64,000 bases of DNA from an uncultured Bacteroidales bacterium (GCA_963849945.1 CAWKJD010000003.1:302818-366817); one strand, 5' to 3'; shown: positions 41,950-51,696, counted from the first letter of the stretch. The notes: generated by a model not told the origin, from the letters alone. Made by a program: numbers and translations.

Positions 41950-43440
41950 TTATACCGGCATTTCGGGAAGAGCCCAGCCTTCACGGTAATTATGTTTGAT
42001 CATTTCTTCTGCAAACAGTTTAGCATTGATGGGATCAGTATACTTGCTGTCAAATGTCGGATGACCGTCAGTTATACTGAAATGGTTTTCCAGGCAAATC
42101 TTAATTGAATCAGTGTCTGAAATATTGGTGAAGGCCATTTTTTCGCCATCCCAGTTCAGGGTTCTGTTCAGGCCCTGAAGTCTGACAGCAAGAACACCCA
42201 TAACCACCATTTCGTTAAAAGGACCTGCTTCAGAGAAGTCGGATTTTGTCATACGCCTTGACTTAGGGGATTCCTTGCAGGCAAGTACCCAATCCATCTC
42301 ATGGCTTGTTGTTACGCGGCGCTCGGTTTTAGGTGCAGTAGGTACTCTGCCTGAGAGTAACCACGGATCCCTGCCATAACATCCGCAGATGAGGACATCT
42401 TTTGAACCATGGAAAATGACTCCGCCATCGGGATCATAAGCTTTTCCTTCCGGCCAGCCGGCTGGTTTCATCGGTAACAGGCCACCGTCCATCCATGTCA
42501 CTTCAACCTCGGGAAACTTCATCTTTGCATGCTTGGGAGCAGGGCGTTCAGGAAATACCAGTTTAACCATCTGGGCATTAGGAGCACAATCGGTAAGAAG
42601 AAGAGTCGACGTTCCTTCAGCTTTCACAGGATATTTCAGTTTGAGACCCTTGAATACCGGATGAAGTATATGGCAAGCCATGTCGCCCAGTGCGCCTGTT
42701 CCGAAATCCCACCAGCCTCTCCAGTTCCAGGGAGTGTAGATACTGTGGTAAGGACGCATCGGCGCTGAGCCGATAAACAGGTCCCAATTGAGAGTTTCAG
42801 GAGGCCATTCACCTTTTGCAGGCCTGTTGAGACCCTGAGGCCAGATTGGCCTGTCAGTAAAGGCTTCAACCTTTTTGACATCGCCTATTTCTCCGTTCTG
42901 AAGCCATTCCATAATCAGATTTACACCTTCTCCTGACGCACCCTGGTTGCCCATTTGCGTGGCAACTTTACTCTTCGCAGCCAGTTTGGTCAGAAGCCTT
43001 GACTCATATACTGAGTGCGTCAGAGGTTTCTGCAGATATACATGCTTACCCATTGTCAGCGCATGTGATGCGGTAAGAGCGTGAGAATGATCGGCAGTTG
43101 CAATTATAACAGCATCAATTGACTTGCCCATTTCATCATACATCTTCCTGTAATCCCAGTACTTTTTGGCTGTTGGATAGGCTGCAAAAACACCGTTATT
43201 GGTGACATAGCCCCAGTCAACATCACACAGGGCAACGATGTTCTCTGTCTGTGCGACATTTCGCAGATTGGTGGCTCCTACACCGCCAACCCCTATGCCT
43301 GCTATGTTAAGCTTATCGCTGGGGGCTTTATAGCCAAGACCGCTGACTACACTGCTGGGAAGAATAGTAAGGCCGGCTATTGCAGCACCCGTGGTGCCGA
43401 CAAATGACCGCCTTGTGATTTTGTTTTTTTCTTCTTTCAT
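41950..43440 (-). CDS. Tat-exported Gfo/Idh/MocA family oxidoreductase
   Basis: MKEEKNKITRRSFVGTTGAAIAGL is a twin-arginine signal. LNIAGIGVGGVGATN is the Rossmann motif, followed by ATADHSHA..A...GKHVYLQKPL. ATG at 43440; the track uses TTG at 43467. Confidence 0.85.
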   Translation of the reverse strand: MKEEKNKITRRSFVGTTGAAIAGLTILPSSVVSGLGYKAPSDKLNIAGIGVGGVGATNLRNVAQTENIVALCDVDWGYVTNNGVFAAYPTAKKYWDYRKMYDEMGKSIDAVIIATADHSHALTASHALTMGKHVYLQKPLTHSVYESRLLTKLAAKSKVATQMGNQGASGEGVNLIMEWLQNGEIGDVKKVEAFTDRPIWPQGLNRPAKGEWPPETLNWDLFIGSAPMRPYHSIYTPWNWRGWWDFGTGALGDMACHILHPVFKGLKLKYPVKAEGTSTLLLTDCAPNAQMVKLVFPERPAPKHAKMKFPEVEVTWMDGGLLPMKPAGWPEGKAYDPDGGVIFHGSKDVLICGCYGRDPWLLSGRVPTAPKTERRVTTSHEMDWVLACKESPKSRRMTKSDFSEAGPFNEMVVMGVLAVRLQGLNRTLNWDGEKMAFTNISDTDSIKICLENHFSITDGHPTFDSKYTDPINAKLFAEEMIKHNYREGWALPEMPV

Positions 43441-43565
43441 TTTACGGGAGGTTAAAGTTCGTAACAAACCTTAAAAGTAAAAAAATCCTGCAGAAAATAA
43501 AACGATACGGTGATTTTAAAACAGCAATCAACAATATCTAAAATTCAGTAACTTGCATTAAAGGA

Positions 43566-44057
43566 ATGAAAGTGTCAGATAAAAGATATAATATTGATCT
43601 GCAAGAACATACAAGATTTGGAAAGATCCTGAGGATAACACTTGGCATCATTTGCCTGATCGCTGCCATCTGGTTCCTGTTCAGCATCATGGGCACCGAA
43701 GCCTCAGTGGGTACTGCCTGGATAGCGATATTATTTCTCTTCTTTTTTTCTTTCTGGCTTCTGGGTTCCGGAATAAACCTTACAGACAGCTATATCACCA
43801 TAGGAGAAAACAGGATTTTGCTCAGGCAGAGCCTGCTGAAGTCGCCTGTCACATTTACATCTGCAACACTCTCGTATGTTGAATTCAAGCCTCTTACAGT
43901 GGAGTTCTGTACAAAAGACAGCAAAGTGACATTAAAGCTGGGAACCTACTACCCCGAACATTCTGTCTCTATACTTAATGCCGTAGAAGAGTTCTGCAAG
44001 CGTAACGGGATTGAAACAAGAGGTTTGAAGCCGGAGGAAAAAAATATTAATTCATGA
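43566..44057 (+). CDS. Hypothetical two-TM membrane protein
   Basis: 163 aa with two TM helices and a soluble C-terminal domain. Its stop overlaps the next start (ATGA at 44054-44057). Confidence 0.6.
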   Translation: MKVSDKRYNIDLQEHTRFGKILRITLGIICLIAAIWFLFSIMGTEASVGTAWIAILFLFFFSFWLLGSGINLTDSYITIGENRILLRQSLLKSPVTFTSATLSYVEFKPLTVEFCTKDSKVTLKLGTYYPEHSVSILNAVEEFCKRNGIETRGLKPEEKNINS

Positions 44058-45202
44058 AGCTGAGAATGGGTATGATCGGCGGTGGCGAGGGTTCGCTCAT
44101 TGGTCCGGTGCATCGCATGGCAGCGCGTCTTGATGGTATGATTGATCTCGTCAGCGGGGCCTTCAGCAGTGATCCCGCTGTTTCAGAGATGACGGGCACA
44201 AGGGAAGGGCTCAACAGCTCAAGAATATATGGCAGCTGGCAGGAAATGATCGCCCGTGAGAGCAGTCTGCCGGATGATCTCAGGCCGCACTTTATCGCTG
44301 TAGTTACGCCAAACCATTTACATTACGGTCCTGCAAAGATGGCGCTTGAAGCCGGTTTCCATGTGTTATGTGACAAACCTTTGTGCATGAGTGTGGCTGA
44401 AGCCATTGACCTTCATGGGACGGTGGAACGCACCGGTAAGCTCTTCTGCTTGACACATAATTATACCGGATATCCTATGGTTAAGAGGGCAAGGGAGATG
44501 GTTCTGGGAGGTGAACTGGGTGAGATAAGAAAGATCGCTGTTGAGTATTTACAGGGATGGCTGTCTTCTCCCGTGGAAAACACAGGCAACAGGCAGGCCG
44601 CATGGAGGGCAGATCCCAAAAAGGCAGGCATCGCCGGAGCTATGGCTGACATCGGCACTCATGCATTTAACCTGGCTGAATATGTTTCAGGGCTGGAAGT
44701 GAAGGCCCTGTCCGCTGATCTTCATACTATAGTCCCTGGCAGGGTACTTGATGACGACGGTAATGTCTTCCTGTTGTTTGGTAATGGTGTCAGCGGAACA
44801 CTTCTTGCCAGCCAGATTGCCATTGGAGAAGAAAATAACCTCTCAATCCGTGTATATGGCGATAAGGGAAGCATCACATGGAGACAGATGGAACCTAACA
44901 GTCTGACAGTCATGTGGCCTGATAAGCCTATTCAGGTTTACCGTACAGGCACCTCCTTCAGGGAAGCAGGAGTGGCGGCGCCCCTCCATACCAGGATCCC
45001 AGCCGGTCACCCGGAAGGTTTTATTGAGGCTTTTGCCAACCTCTACCGGAATTTTGCACTGAATATCGTTGCGGTGAATGACGGTAAAAGCAATAATATA
45101 TTGAATGACTATCCCGGAATATACGAAGGTGTCAGGGGAATGAAATTCCTTGAGGCTGTCGTGGCCTCCGGAATGAACGGTGCTGCCAGGACAGCTGTCT
45201 GA
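44054..45202 (+). CDS. Cytoplasmic Gfo/Idh/MocA family oxidoreductase
   Basis: MKLRMGMIGGGEGSLIGPVH, VTPNHLHYGPA..ALEAGFHVLCDKPL. No signal peptide. Confidence 0.85.
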   Translation: MKLRMGMIGGGEGSLIGPVHRMAARLDGMIDLVSGAFSSDPAVSEMTGTREGLNSSRIYGSWQEMIARESSLPDDLRPHFIAVVTPNHLHYGPAKMALEAGFHVLCDKPLCMSVAEAIDLHGTVERTGKLFCLTHNYTGYPMVKRAREMVLGGELGEIRKIAVEYLQGWLSSPVENTGNRQAAWRADPKKAGIAGAMADIGTHAFNLAEYVSGLEVKALSADLHTIVPGRVLDDDGNVFLLFGNGVSGTLLASQIAIGEENNLSIRVYGDKGSITWRQMEPNSLTVMWPDKPIQVYRTGTSFREAGVAAPLHTRIPAGHPEGFIEAFANLYRNFALNIVAVNDGKSNNILNDYPGIYEGVRGMKFLEAVVASGMNGAARTAV

Positions 45203-45204
45203 GT

Positions 45205-46056
45205 TTATTTCAGAAGCGTTTTCAGGTAATAATTACGGCTTATTGCGATACTCTCCATCGGAGTATGTGTACGGCAAAAATCCTGCTCAAGGAACCAGTA
45301 TTGCATACCTGCAGTTTTGGCTTTGGCAAGGATGGGTTTAAAATCAATGATGCCCTCTCCAAGGGTTGCATCATTTTTTTCAGGACTAAGGTCTTTCATG
45401 TGCCACACCTCAAATCGTCCCGGATATTTGTTGAAGTAAGCCAGCGGATCCTTACCGGCAGCTGTGATCCATGCGAGATCGATCTCGAAAATAACCAGCT
45501 TTGGATCAGTTCCTTCAAGAAGGATATCATACGGAACCGTTCCATTAATCTCTTTAAACTCCGCCTGGTGATTGTGAAAGCCGAATTTCAGTCCTGACTT
45601 TCTGCATTTCTCCCCCACTTTATTAAAATATTCCGCATTTCTCCGGAAGCTGTCAACAGAGTCCATCCATTCGCCGGGCAGCGAAGGAAGAATAAGGTAT
45701 TTAATACCGGCTTCGGCAGTGTCTTCAATCGTCTGATCCTCGTTTTCCGGTCTGACCTGGCTGTGAGTGCTGAGAGGCACCATTCCTGACTTCCTGACCA
45801 GTTTCCCGAACTCTTTCGGCTGGAACCCGTAGAATTTTCTATCCCTGTAGTCTGCTGCTTCTACCCAGTTATATCCAATTTCAGCAACCCTGGCCAGGGT
45901 TGCAGCAGTATCCTTACTCATCTCATCACGAATGGTATACAAAGCCAGCCCCGTTTTTTTTGATGGCCGGGGAGAGGCTAATAATTCATTGTTAATAAGT
46001 GGTATAGCAGCCACAACAAGTGCTGACTGTCTTACAAAGTTCCTTCTGGTTGTCAT
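45205..46056 (-). CDS. Tat-exported xylose-isomerase-like TIM-barrel protein (sugar phosphate isomerase/epimerase family)
   Basis: MTTRRNFVRQSALVVAAIPL is a twin-arginine signal. It also has GYNWVE, FGFHNH..EF, VIFEIDLAW and WHMKD. Confidence 0.85.
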   Translation of the reverse strand: MTTRRNFVRQSALVVAAIPLINNELLASPRPSKKTGLALYTIRDEMSKDTAATLARVAEIGYNWVEAADYRDRKFYGFQPKEFGKLVRKSGMVPLSTHSQVRPENEDQTIEDTAEAGIKYLILPSLPGEWMDSVDSFRRNAEYFNKVGEKCRKSGLKFGFHNHQAEFKEINGTVPYDILLEGTDPKLVIFEIDLAWITAAGKDPLAYFNKYPGRFEVWHMKDLSPEKNDATLGEGIIDFKPILAKAKTAGMQYWFLEQDFCRTHTPMESIAISRNYYLKTLLK

Positions 46057-46162
46057 AGCCCTGGTTTAATTATTCGGTAATTCTGGAAATTTTATGCCGG
46101 TAGTATCAACCGGCTGCTGATAGCAAAAATAGCATTAAATTTATAAGATCAAAAACCGTGTG

Positions 46163-47161
46163 ATGAAGCTGTTTGAAAAATATGAAAATACCGACAGCCT
46201 GAGATGCCTCCTCTGTCCTCATTTTTGTCTTATACAGCCGGGTGAGAGTGGTATATGCGGTGTGAGGGAGAACTCCGGTGAAAAGATATCTCTGACCACC
46301 TATGGTGTCATATCAGGCTATGCCCTTGATCCGGTTGAGAAAAAGCCGCTCTATCATTTTTATCCGGGAAAATACATCATTTCTGTAGGCTCCTACGGTT
46401 GTAACCTGAGGTGCGATTTCTGTCAGAACTATCATATCTCCCAGCACATTGATAAAGGTGGAAATTTCAGGCTCCCGCCGGAAGAACTTGTAAGGCGCGC
46501 CCGGAAAACTTCAGATAATATCGGTATAGCCTACACCTACAATGAACCGATTATCTGGTATGAGTACGTTATGGACTGCGCAAAGCTTGCAGCCTCTGAG
46601 GGACTGAAAAACGTCATGGTAACCAATGGCTATATCAACAGGAAACCGCTGGCTGATCTCATAGATGTAACGGATGCATTCAATATCGACCTGAAAGCTT
46701 TTGACAATGAGTTTTACAGGAGGTACACGGGTTCGACTTTAAAACCTGTGATGGAGACTATCAGTGATGTTGCCGCTTCAGGAAAGCACCTTGAGATAAC
46801 TACTCTTATTTTGCCGGGGCTCAATGATTCTGCCGATGCCATGAAACGTGAGGCTGAATGGATAGCAACCACGGCCGGCAGAGGGGTACCATTGCACCTG
46901 AGCCGCTACTTTCCGATGTACAAACGCGACGACCCTCCCACTCCGGCAGATACAATACTCCTTCTGAAGGATACTGCATCTGAATATCTTGATTATGTCT
47001 ATACAGGAAATATGACAGGTAATGATTTCGGCTCTGACACAGTGTGCCCCTCATGCCATACCACCGTCATAAAACGTCATGGGTACCATACTTCTCTTAC
47101 CGGCTTATCCGGTGAAGGCAGATGTCTGAAATGCAATGAGATGATTTTAAAATGGGTTTAA
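46163..47161 (+). CDS. Radical SAM enzyme, AmmeMemoRadiSam-system activase type
   Basis: N-terminal LRCLLCPHFCLIQPGESGICGVREN and the radical-SAM motif GCNLRCDFCQNY, then IAYTYNEP and VTNGY. About 332 aa. Confidence 0.75.
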   Translation: MKLFEKYENTDSLRCLLCPHFCLIQPGESGICGVRENSGEKISLTTYGVISGYALDPVEKKPLYHFYPGKYIISVGSYGCNLRCDFCQNYHISQHIDKGGNFRLPPEELVRRARKTSDNIGIAYTYNEPIIWYEYVMDCAKLAASEGLKNVMVTNGYINRKPLADLIDVTDAFNIDLKAFDNEFYRRYTGSTLKPVMETISDVAASGKHLEITTLILPGLNDSADAMKREAEWIATTAGRGVPLHLSRYFPMYKRDDPPTPADTILLLKDTASEYLDYVYTGNMTGNDFGSDTVCPSCHTTVIKRHGYHTSLTGLSGEGRCLKCNEMILKWV

Positions 47162-47179
47162 GGAGACTGAGTTTTCCTG

Positions 47180-47470
47180 TTACTTTGATTTGGATATGTC
47201 ACTCAGCTTCTCAAAATAACCGTCAACTTTTTCCATCAGTTCCTTACTCAGGTTTGTGTAGTATGCTTTTACAATGGCAGGGTTATCCTTTCCATCAGGG
47301 TGATTCACTCTGTCAATGAATTCGTTTCGCATGCTCACAGCTTCTTCTATCAAATTCTGAACCTCATTTCTCTTCTCCCCGGTATGAATGCTCGTGAAAA
47401 GGAAACAATCGGAAATGAATTCGAAGAAAAGGAAATCGATATCTTTTTTAAGGTTTTTTACGCTGGCCAT
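47180..47470 (-). CDS. Hypothetical helical protein (96 aa)
   Basis: Single clean ORF in an otherwise empty spacer. No motif recognised. Confidence 0.5.
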   Translation of the reverse strand: MASVKNLKKDIDFLFFEFISDCFLFTSIHTGEKRNEVQNLIEEAVSMRNEFIDRVNHPDGKDNPAIVKAYYTNLSKELMEKVDGYFEKLSDISKSK

Positions 47471-47498
47471 AATTATTGCTTTTGTACAAAGATAAAGA

Positions 47499-48335
47499 TT
47501 AATCTGTTTTCTTCCTTCGCTTATACTTCATTATACTTTCATCAGCCAATTGCCGGTAGAGGAAGCTGAGCCGTTCCACCATACCGTTTTCAGCCATGAA
47601 AAGATGATTGTCAATGCTTCTCACAGGGAGGACCATTGGCGATGTCCCCGTGATAAATACCGACTGAAAGCTTGCCAGTCCGGATGGTTTTACGGGTTCA
47701 AAAACAATATCATATCCCTCCTGCCTGCACAGGTCAATGACATATTTCCTTGTAATGCCCGGAAGAACCATCCGGTCAGGAGAGGTGAATATTTTGCCTG
47801 TTCCGGTTATAAAGAACACATTAGATCTGCTTCCTTCCGTGATGTAACCATCCTTGTTAACCAGGAGGGCCTCATAGGCTTCTTTCTTTGTAAGCGACTC
47901 ATTCACTGACAGTCTCAGTCTGTTATCCAGCAGCTTTATTCGCGGGTCAAAGCGCTCGGCACGAAATAATATCAGCGGAACGCCCCTGCGGATCATCTCT
48001 TCCGTAGGATAGGAAGAGGATATATAACAGATATGTACCGAGTAATCCTGACCTGTAAATGAGACTGTGATCCTGACATTAATCTCCGGGAAGAGCTCCT
48101 GTCTGCCAAGAGCGGCAAGACCTTCTGCTATTGTGCCTGAGATATCATCCCTGAGATCATATCTTGTCGCTATTCCTTCAGTCAGACGCTTCATGTGGTC
48201 ATCAAAGAAGAGAGGCACTCCTCCCCATGTTCTGATCACCTCGTAAAAAGAAAGTTCAGCAGCAACGGGCTCACAATCGCTGCCGGCAGGAATAATATTT
48301 CCGTCAAGATAATAATAGTTACCAAAGCATTCCAT
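47499..48335 (-). CDS. Class IV (branched-chain/D-amino-acid/ADC-lyase) aminotransferase-fold protein
   Basis: 278 aa. FYEVIRT..GVPLFFDDHMKRL, ITEGSRSNVFF, LPGITR, IFITGT. Confidence 0.75.
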   Translation of the reverse strand: MECFGNYYYLDGNIIPAGSDCEPVAAELSFYEVIRTWGGVPLFFDDHMKRLTEGIATRYDLRDDISGTIAEGLAALGRQELFPEINVRITVSFTGQDYSVHICYISSSYPTEEMIRRGVPLILFRAERFDPRIKLLDNRLRLSVNESLTKKEAYEALLVNKDGYITEGSRSNVFFITGTGKIFTSPDRMVLPGITRKYVIDLCRQEGYDIVFEPVKPSGLASFQSVFITGTSPMVLPVRSIDNHLFMAENGMVERLSFLYRQLADESIMKYKRRKKTD

Positions 48336-48413
48336 GGCAGTTTTTGTCTGAGCAAATTTATGAATTATTCCGGGCAGGCTTAAAAGTAATTATCTTAGTA
48401 TTTTCCTGCAAGA

Positions 48414-49778
48414 GTGTACGCTATTGTTGACATAGAGACTACCGGAGGAAGCGCCAGGCTTGAAAAGATAACCGAGATTGCCGTTTACATCCACGACGGC
48501 GAGCGGATCATCGATGAGTATTCAACGCTTATCAATCCCGAGCGCAGCATACCCTACTTCATTACTGCACTGACGGGTATCTCCAATGAAATGGTGGAGG
48601 ATGCGCCACGGTTTTTTGAAGTTGCGAAAAAGATTGTGGATATCACTGATGGAAATATTTTTGTGGCTCATAATGCCCGCTTCGATTACTCATTTATCAG
48701 GCAGGAATTCAGTATGCTTGGATACAGTTTCAAGCGGCCGATGCTTGATACGGTATCACTTAGCAGGAAGCTTTTGCCGGGACACAAATCGTACAGTCTC
48801 GGGAACCTCTGCAAAGATCTTGGCATAGAAATTACCGGCAGGCACAGAGCCTCAGGTGATGCTCTCGCTACAGTCAGACTGCTTGAGCTTCTTCTTGAAA
48901 GCGACAAGGCACAGAACAATGGCGGCCTTGTCAGGAACCGGAAGGCTTCAAAGCTGCATCCGGCGCTCGATATGAAGAAGATCGCTGATATACCTGAAGA
49001 GCCGGGTATCTATTATTTCCATGGTGAGGACGGTGATATAATATATGTCGGGAAAAGCCGCAATCTGTGCCAGAGGGTGAACACTCATCTTTCAAACAAC
49101 ACTTCTTACCGGGAAATGGAGATGAGATCAAGGATCGCAGACATAAGCTGGGAACGCACCGGCAGTGAGCTCGTTGCTCTCCTCCTTAAATCAGCAGAGA
49201 TAAAAAGCAGAAAACCTCTGTATAACAGGGCTCAGCGCCGGACAGGATTCCGATGGGGCATATACAGCTTTACCGATGAGAACGGATACATCAGGTTTGA
49301 GTACCGCAATGTGAAGGACGATGAGGTGCCTCTCGCCCTGTTCAGCTCAAAGGAGAGGGTAAGAGCCCGGCTTGAGCAGATCATCGGCGAGCATGGCCTT
49401 TGCCAGAAACTGTGCGGTATGTATGAAACTGACGGCCCTTGCTTCCACAGGCAGGTGAGCCTGTGCCAGGGAGCATGCTGCGGTGAAGAAAAACCAGCAT
49501 CATACAATGAAAGAGCCATTTCTGTGCTTGATGAATTTATCTTCACGGAAAGAAATTTCTTCATCATCGACAGGGGTCGTGACAACGAAGAGAGATCTGC
49601 CGTAAAGATCATCAACGGGAAATATGCCGGTTTCGGATATTTTAATATCAATGATGTGGGGTTTGGATTGACTGCTGTGCATGACTGCATCAGGAACGCA
49701 ACAGATAACCGTGATATCCAGGTTATCATCAAGGGTTATTTAAAAAATCACCGGGTGGAAAGGATTATTGATTTTTAA
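48414..49778 (+). CDS. DnaQ-like 3'-5' exonuclease fused to a GIY-YIG (Cho/UvrC-N-like) nuclease domain
   Basis: YAIVDIETTG, FVAHNARFDYSF and HRASGDA are the Exo I-III motifs. GIYYFHGEDGDIIYVGKSRNLCQRVNTH...E is the GIY-YIG motif. GTG start. Confidence 0.85.
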   Translation: MYAIVDIETTGGSARLEKITEIAVYIHDGERIIDEYSTLINPERSIPYFITALTGISNEMVEDAPRFFEVAKKIVDITDGNIFVAHNARFDYSFIRQEFSMLGYSFKRPMLDTVSLSRKLLPGHKSYSLGNLCKDLGIEITGRHRASGDALATVRLLELLLESDKAQNNGGLVRNRKASKLHPALDMKKIADIPEEPGIYYFHGEDGDIIYVGKSRNLCQRVNTHLSNNTSYREMEMRSRIADISWERTGSELVALLLKSAEIKSRKPLYNRAQRRTGFRWGIYSFTDENGYIRFEYRNVKDDEVPLALFSSKERVRARLEQIIGEHGLCQKLCGMYETDGPCFHRQVSLCQGACCGEEKPASYNERAISVLDEFIFTERNFFIIDRGRDNEERSAVKIINGKYAGFGYFNINDVGFGLTAVHDCIRNATDNRDIQVIIKGYLKNHRVERIIDF

Positions 49779-49838
49779 AGGATCTGTCACGATACTTATT
49801 CTTAATATATTTGTTTAAACCAACACAATCCAGGGCTT

Positions 49839-50489
49839 ATGTCGCTTTTTACCCGTACAACCAGGGAGGTCACCGTAAAAATTGATGAATTCTTTGACAC
49901 CATCGAGATCGGAATATTGATATTCAAGGAGGGTGTAAAGGCTTATGTCACAGGTGACCAGGAAGCTTTTCAGAACCATCTGAAAAAGATAGATGAGCTT
50001 GAAAACAAGGCAGATGATCTGCAGAAGAGCATTGAGAATGATATGATTGTTCATTCCATCCTGCCGCAGCAGAGGAGCGATATGGTGAAGCTTCTGTGGC
50101 AGCTGGATGAGATCATAGATACGGCAAAAGGTTCAATATTTGAGTTTTACATTGAGATTCCGCACATCCCGGCGTCCCTTGTTGATGACTTTATTTCTTT
50201 ATCTGAGATATCGGCTGATGCTGCAGAAGAGCTATTGCCTGCTGCCCGGGAATTTTTCAGACATCCTGATCAGGTCAGGGAAAAGCTGATTAAAGTTTAT
50301 TTTTTCGAGAGGGAGACTGACAAGGCAGGATTCCAGCTGAAGAAGAAAGTCTTTCATGAGATGAATGAGCTTTCCCTGGCAGAGAAAGCGCATCTGCGTT
50401 ATATAACTCATCATATAGAAAGTATCTCTGATACCGCACAGGATGCGGCCGACCTGCTGGAATCAATGGCCATGAGACAAATGCTGTGA
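49839..50489 (+). CDS. DUF47 / PhoU-like phosphate-transport regulator
   Basis: 216-aa helical protein directly upstream of a PiT transporter (4-nt gap). This is the usual DUF47-PiT pairing. Confidence 0.8.
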   Translation: MSLFTRTTREVTVKIDEFFDTIEIGILIFKEGVKAYVTGDQEAFQNHLKKIDELENKADDLQKSIENDMIVHSILPQQRSDMVKLLWQLDEIIDTAKGSIFEFYIEIPHIPASLVDDFISLSEISADAAEELLPAAREFFRHPDQVREKLIKVYFFERETDKAGFQLKKKVFHEMNELSLAEKAHLRYITHHIESISDTAQDAADLLESMAMRQML

Positions 50490-50493
50490 AAAT

Positions 50494-51690
50494 ATGATCA
50501 TTTTTTATATCACCAGCGGTTTGTTCCTTGGCTGGACGCTTGGCTCGAATGACGCTGCCAATATTTTCGGTTCAGCTGTCGGGTCGAGAATGGTTTCATT
50601 CACCAGGGCTGCTGTTATTGCAGCTGTTTTCGTAATAATCGGTGCCGTGGTGCAGGGAGCAGGCGCATCTGACACCCTCGGCCGGTTAGGATCAGTGAAC
50701 GCTATCGGTGGTGCCTTCACTGTGGCCCTGGCAGCAGGTATAACCGTCTATTTTATGACACGGGCCGGACTGCCTGTATCGACAACACAGGCTATCGTTG
50801 GAGCTATAATCGGATGGAGCCTCTTTACCAATAACTCCGTTGATACAAGGTCACTGGTTCTCATCGTCAGCTCATGGGTGACCGGCCCAATTCTTGGAGC
50901 AACTTTTGCATACGTTCTGTACCACCTGGTCAAAGTCATCAGAAAAAGAATTAATATACATCTGCTCTTCTATGAATCGTATTTACGGACCGGCCTGCTG
51001 ATCGTTGGCGCATTCGGAGCATACAGTCTCGGTGCCAATAATATTGCCAATGTCATGGGTGTATTTGTTCCCAGTGTACAATTGCAGGAAGCGGACTTCG
51101 GGATCTTTACCCTCTCAGGAGCCCAGCAGCTTTTCTTCCTCGGAGGCATAGCCATTGCCGCCGGAATAGTGACTTACTCGAAGAAGGTCATTCAGACACT
51201 GGGAAATAACCTTCTGGAGCTTTCGTCAGAGGCTGCACTGGTAGTTGTTCTGGCACAAGCGCTTGTGCTGTTTTTCTTTTCCTCCTCCTCTTTTTCCGCC
51301 TTCCTGATAAGGATGGGTCTTCCGGGAATACCTCTCGTGCCGGTTTCAAGCTCCCAGGTGATAGTCGGGGCCATACTCGGAATAGGTCTCTACAAGGGGG
51401 TCAGAAACATAAATCTTAAAGTACTCGGAAGCATAGCCTCAGGCTGGATAACGACACCTGTGGCAGCCGGCCTTCTTTCTTTCTTTCTGCTGTTCTTTGT
51501 AAAGAATCTCTTCGGGATTGATATCGGCCATTCTGTCAAACCCCCTTCTGCTTCGATGGATATTACAGATGTTAGCCTGATTATCAGATACAGCATAATT
51601 GTTTTGCTGATAATAACAGCCTCCTACCTTGTATACATGGTACTTGCCGAAAAGAAAAAGACTGACCGGGTGAATAAAAAATATTATTAA
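50494..51690 (+). CDS. Inorganic phosphate transporter, PiT (PHO4) family
   Basis: GWTLGSNDAANIFGSAVGS, with the second repeat GANNIANVMG. Multi-TM. Confidence 0.9.
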   Translation: MIIFYITSGLFLGWTLGSNDAANIFGSAVGSRMVSFTRAAVIAAVFVIIGAVVQGAGASDTLGRLGSVNAIGGAFTVALAAGITVYFMTRAGLPVSTTQAIVGAIIGWSLFTNNSVDTRSLVLIVSSWVTGPILGATFAYVLYHLVKVIRKRINIHLLFYESYLRTGLLIVGAFGAYSLGANNIANVMGVFVPSVQLQEADFGIFTLSGAQQLFFLGGIAIAAGIVTYSKKVIQTLGNNLLELSSEAALVVVLAQALVLFFFSSSSFSAFLIRMGLPGIPLVPVSSSQVIVGAILGIGLYKGVRNINLKVLGSIASGWITTPVAAGLLSFFLLFFVKNLFGIDIGHSVKPPSASMDITDVSLIIRYSIIVLLIITASYLVYMVLAEKKKTDRVNKKYY

Positions 51691-51696
51691 TCCCTT

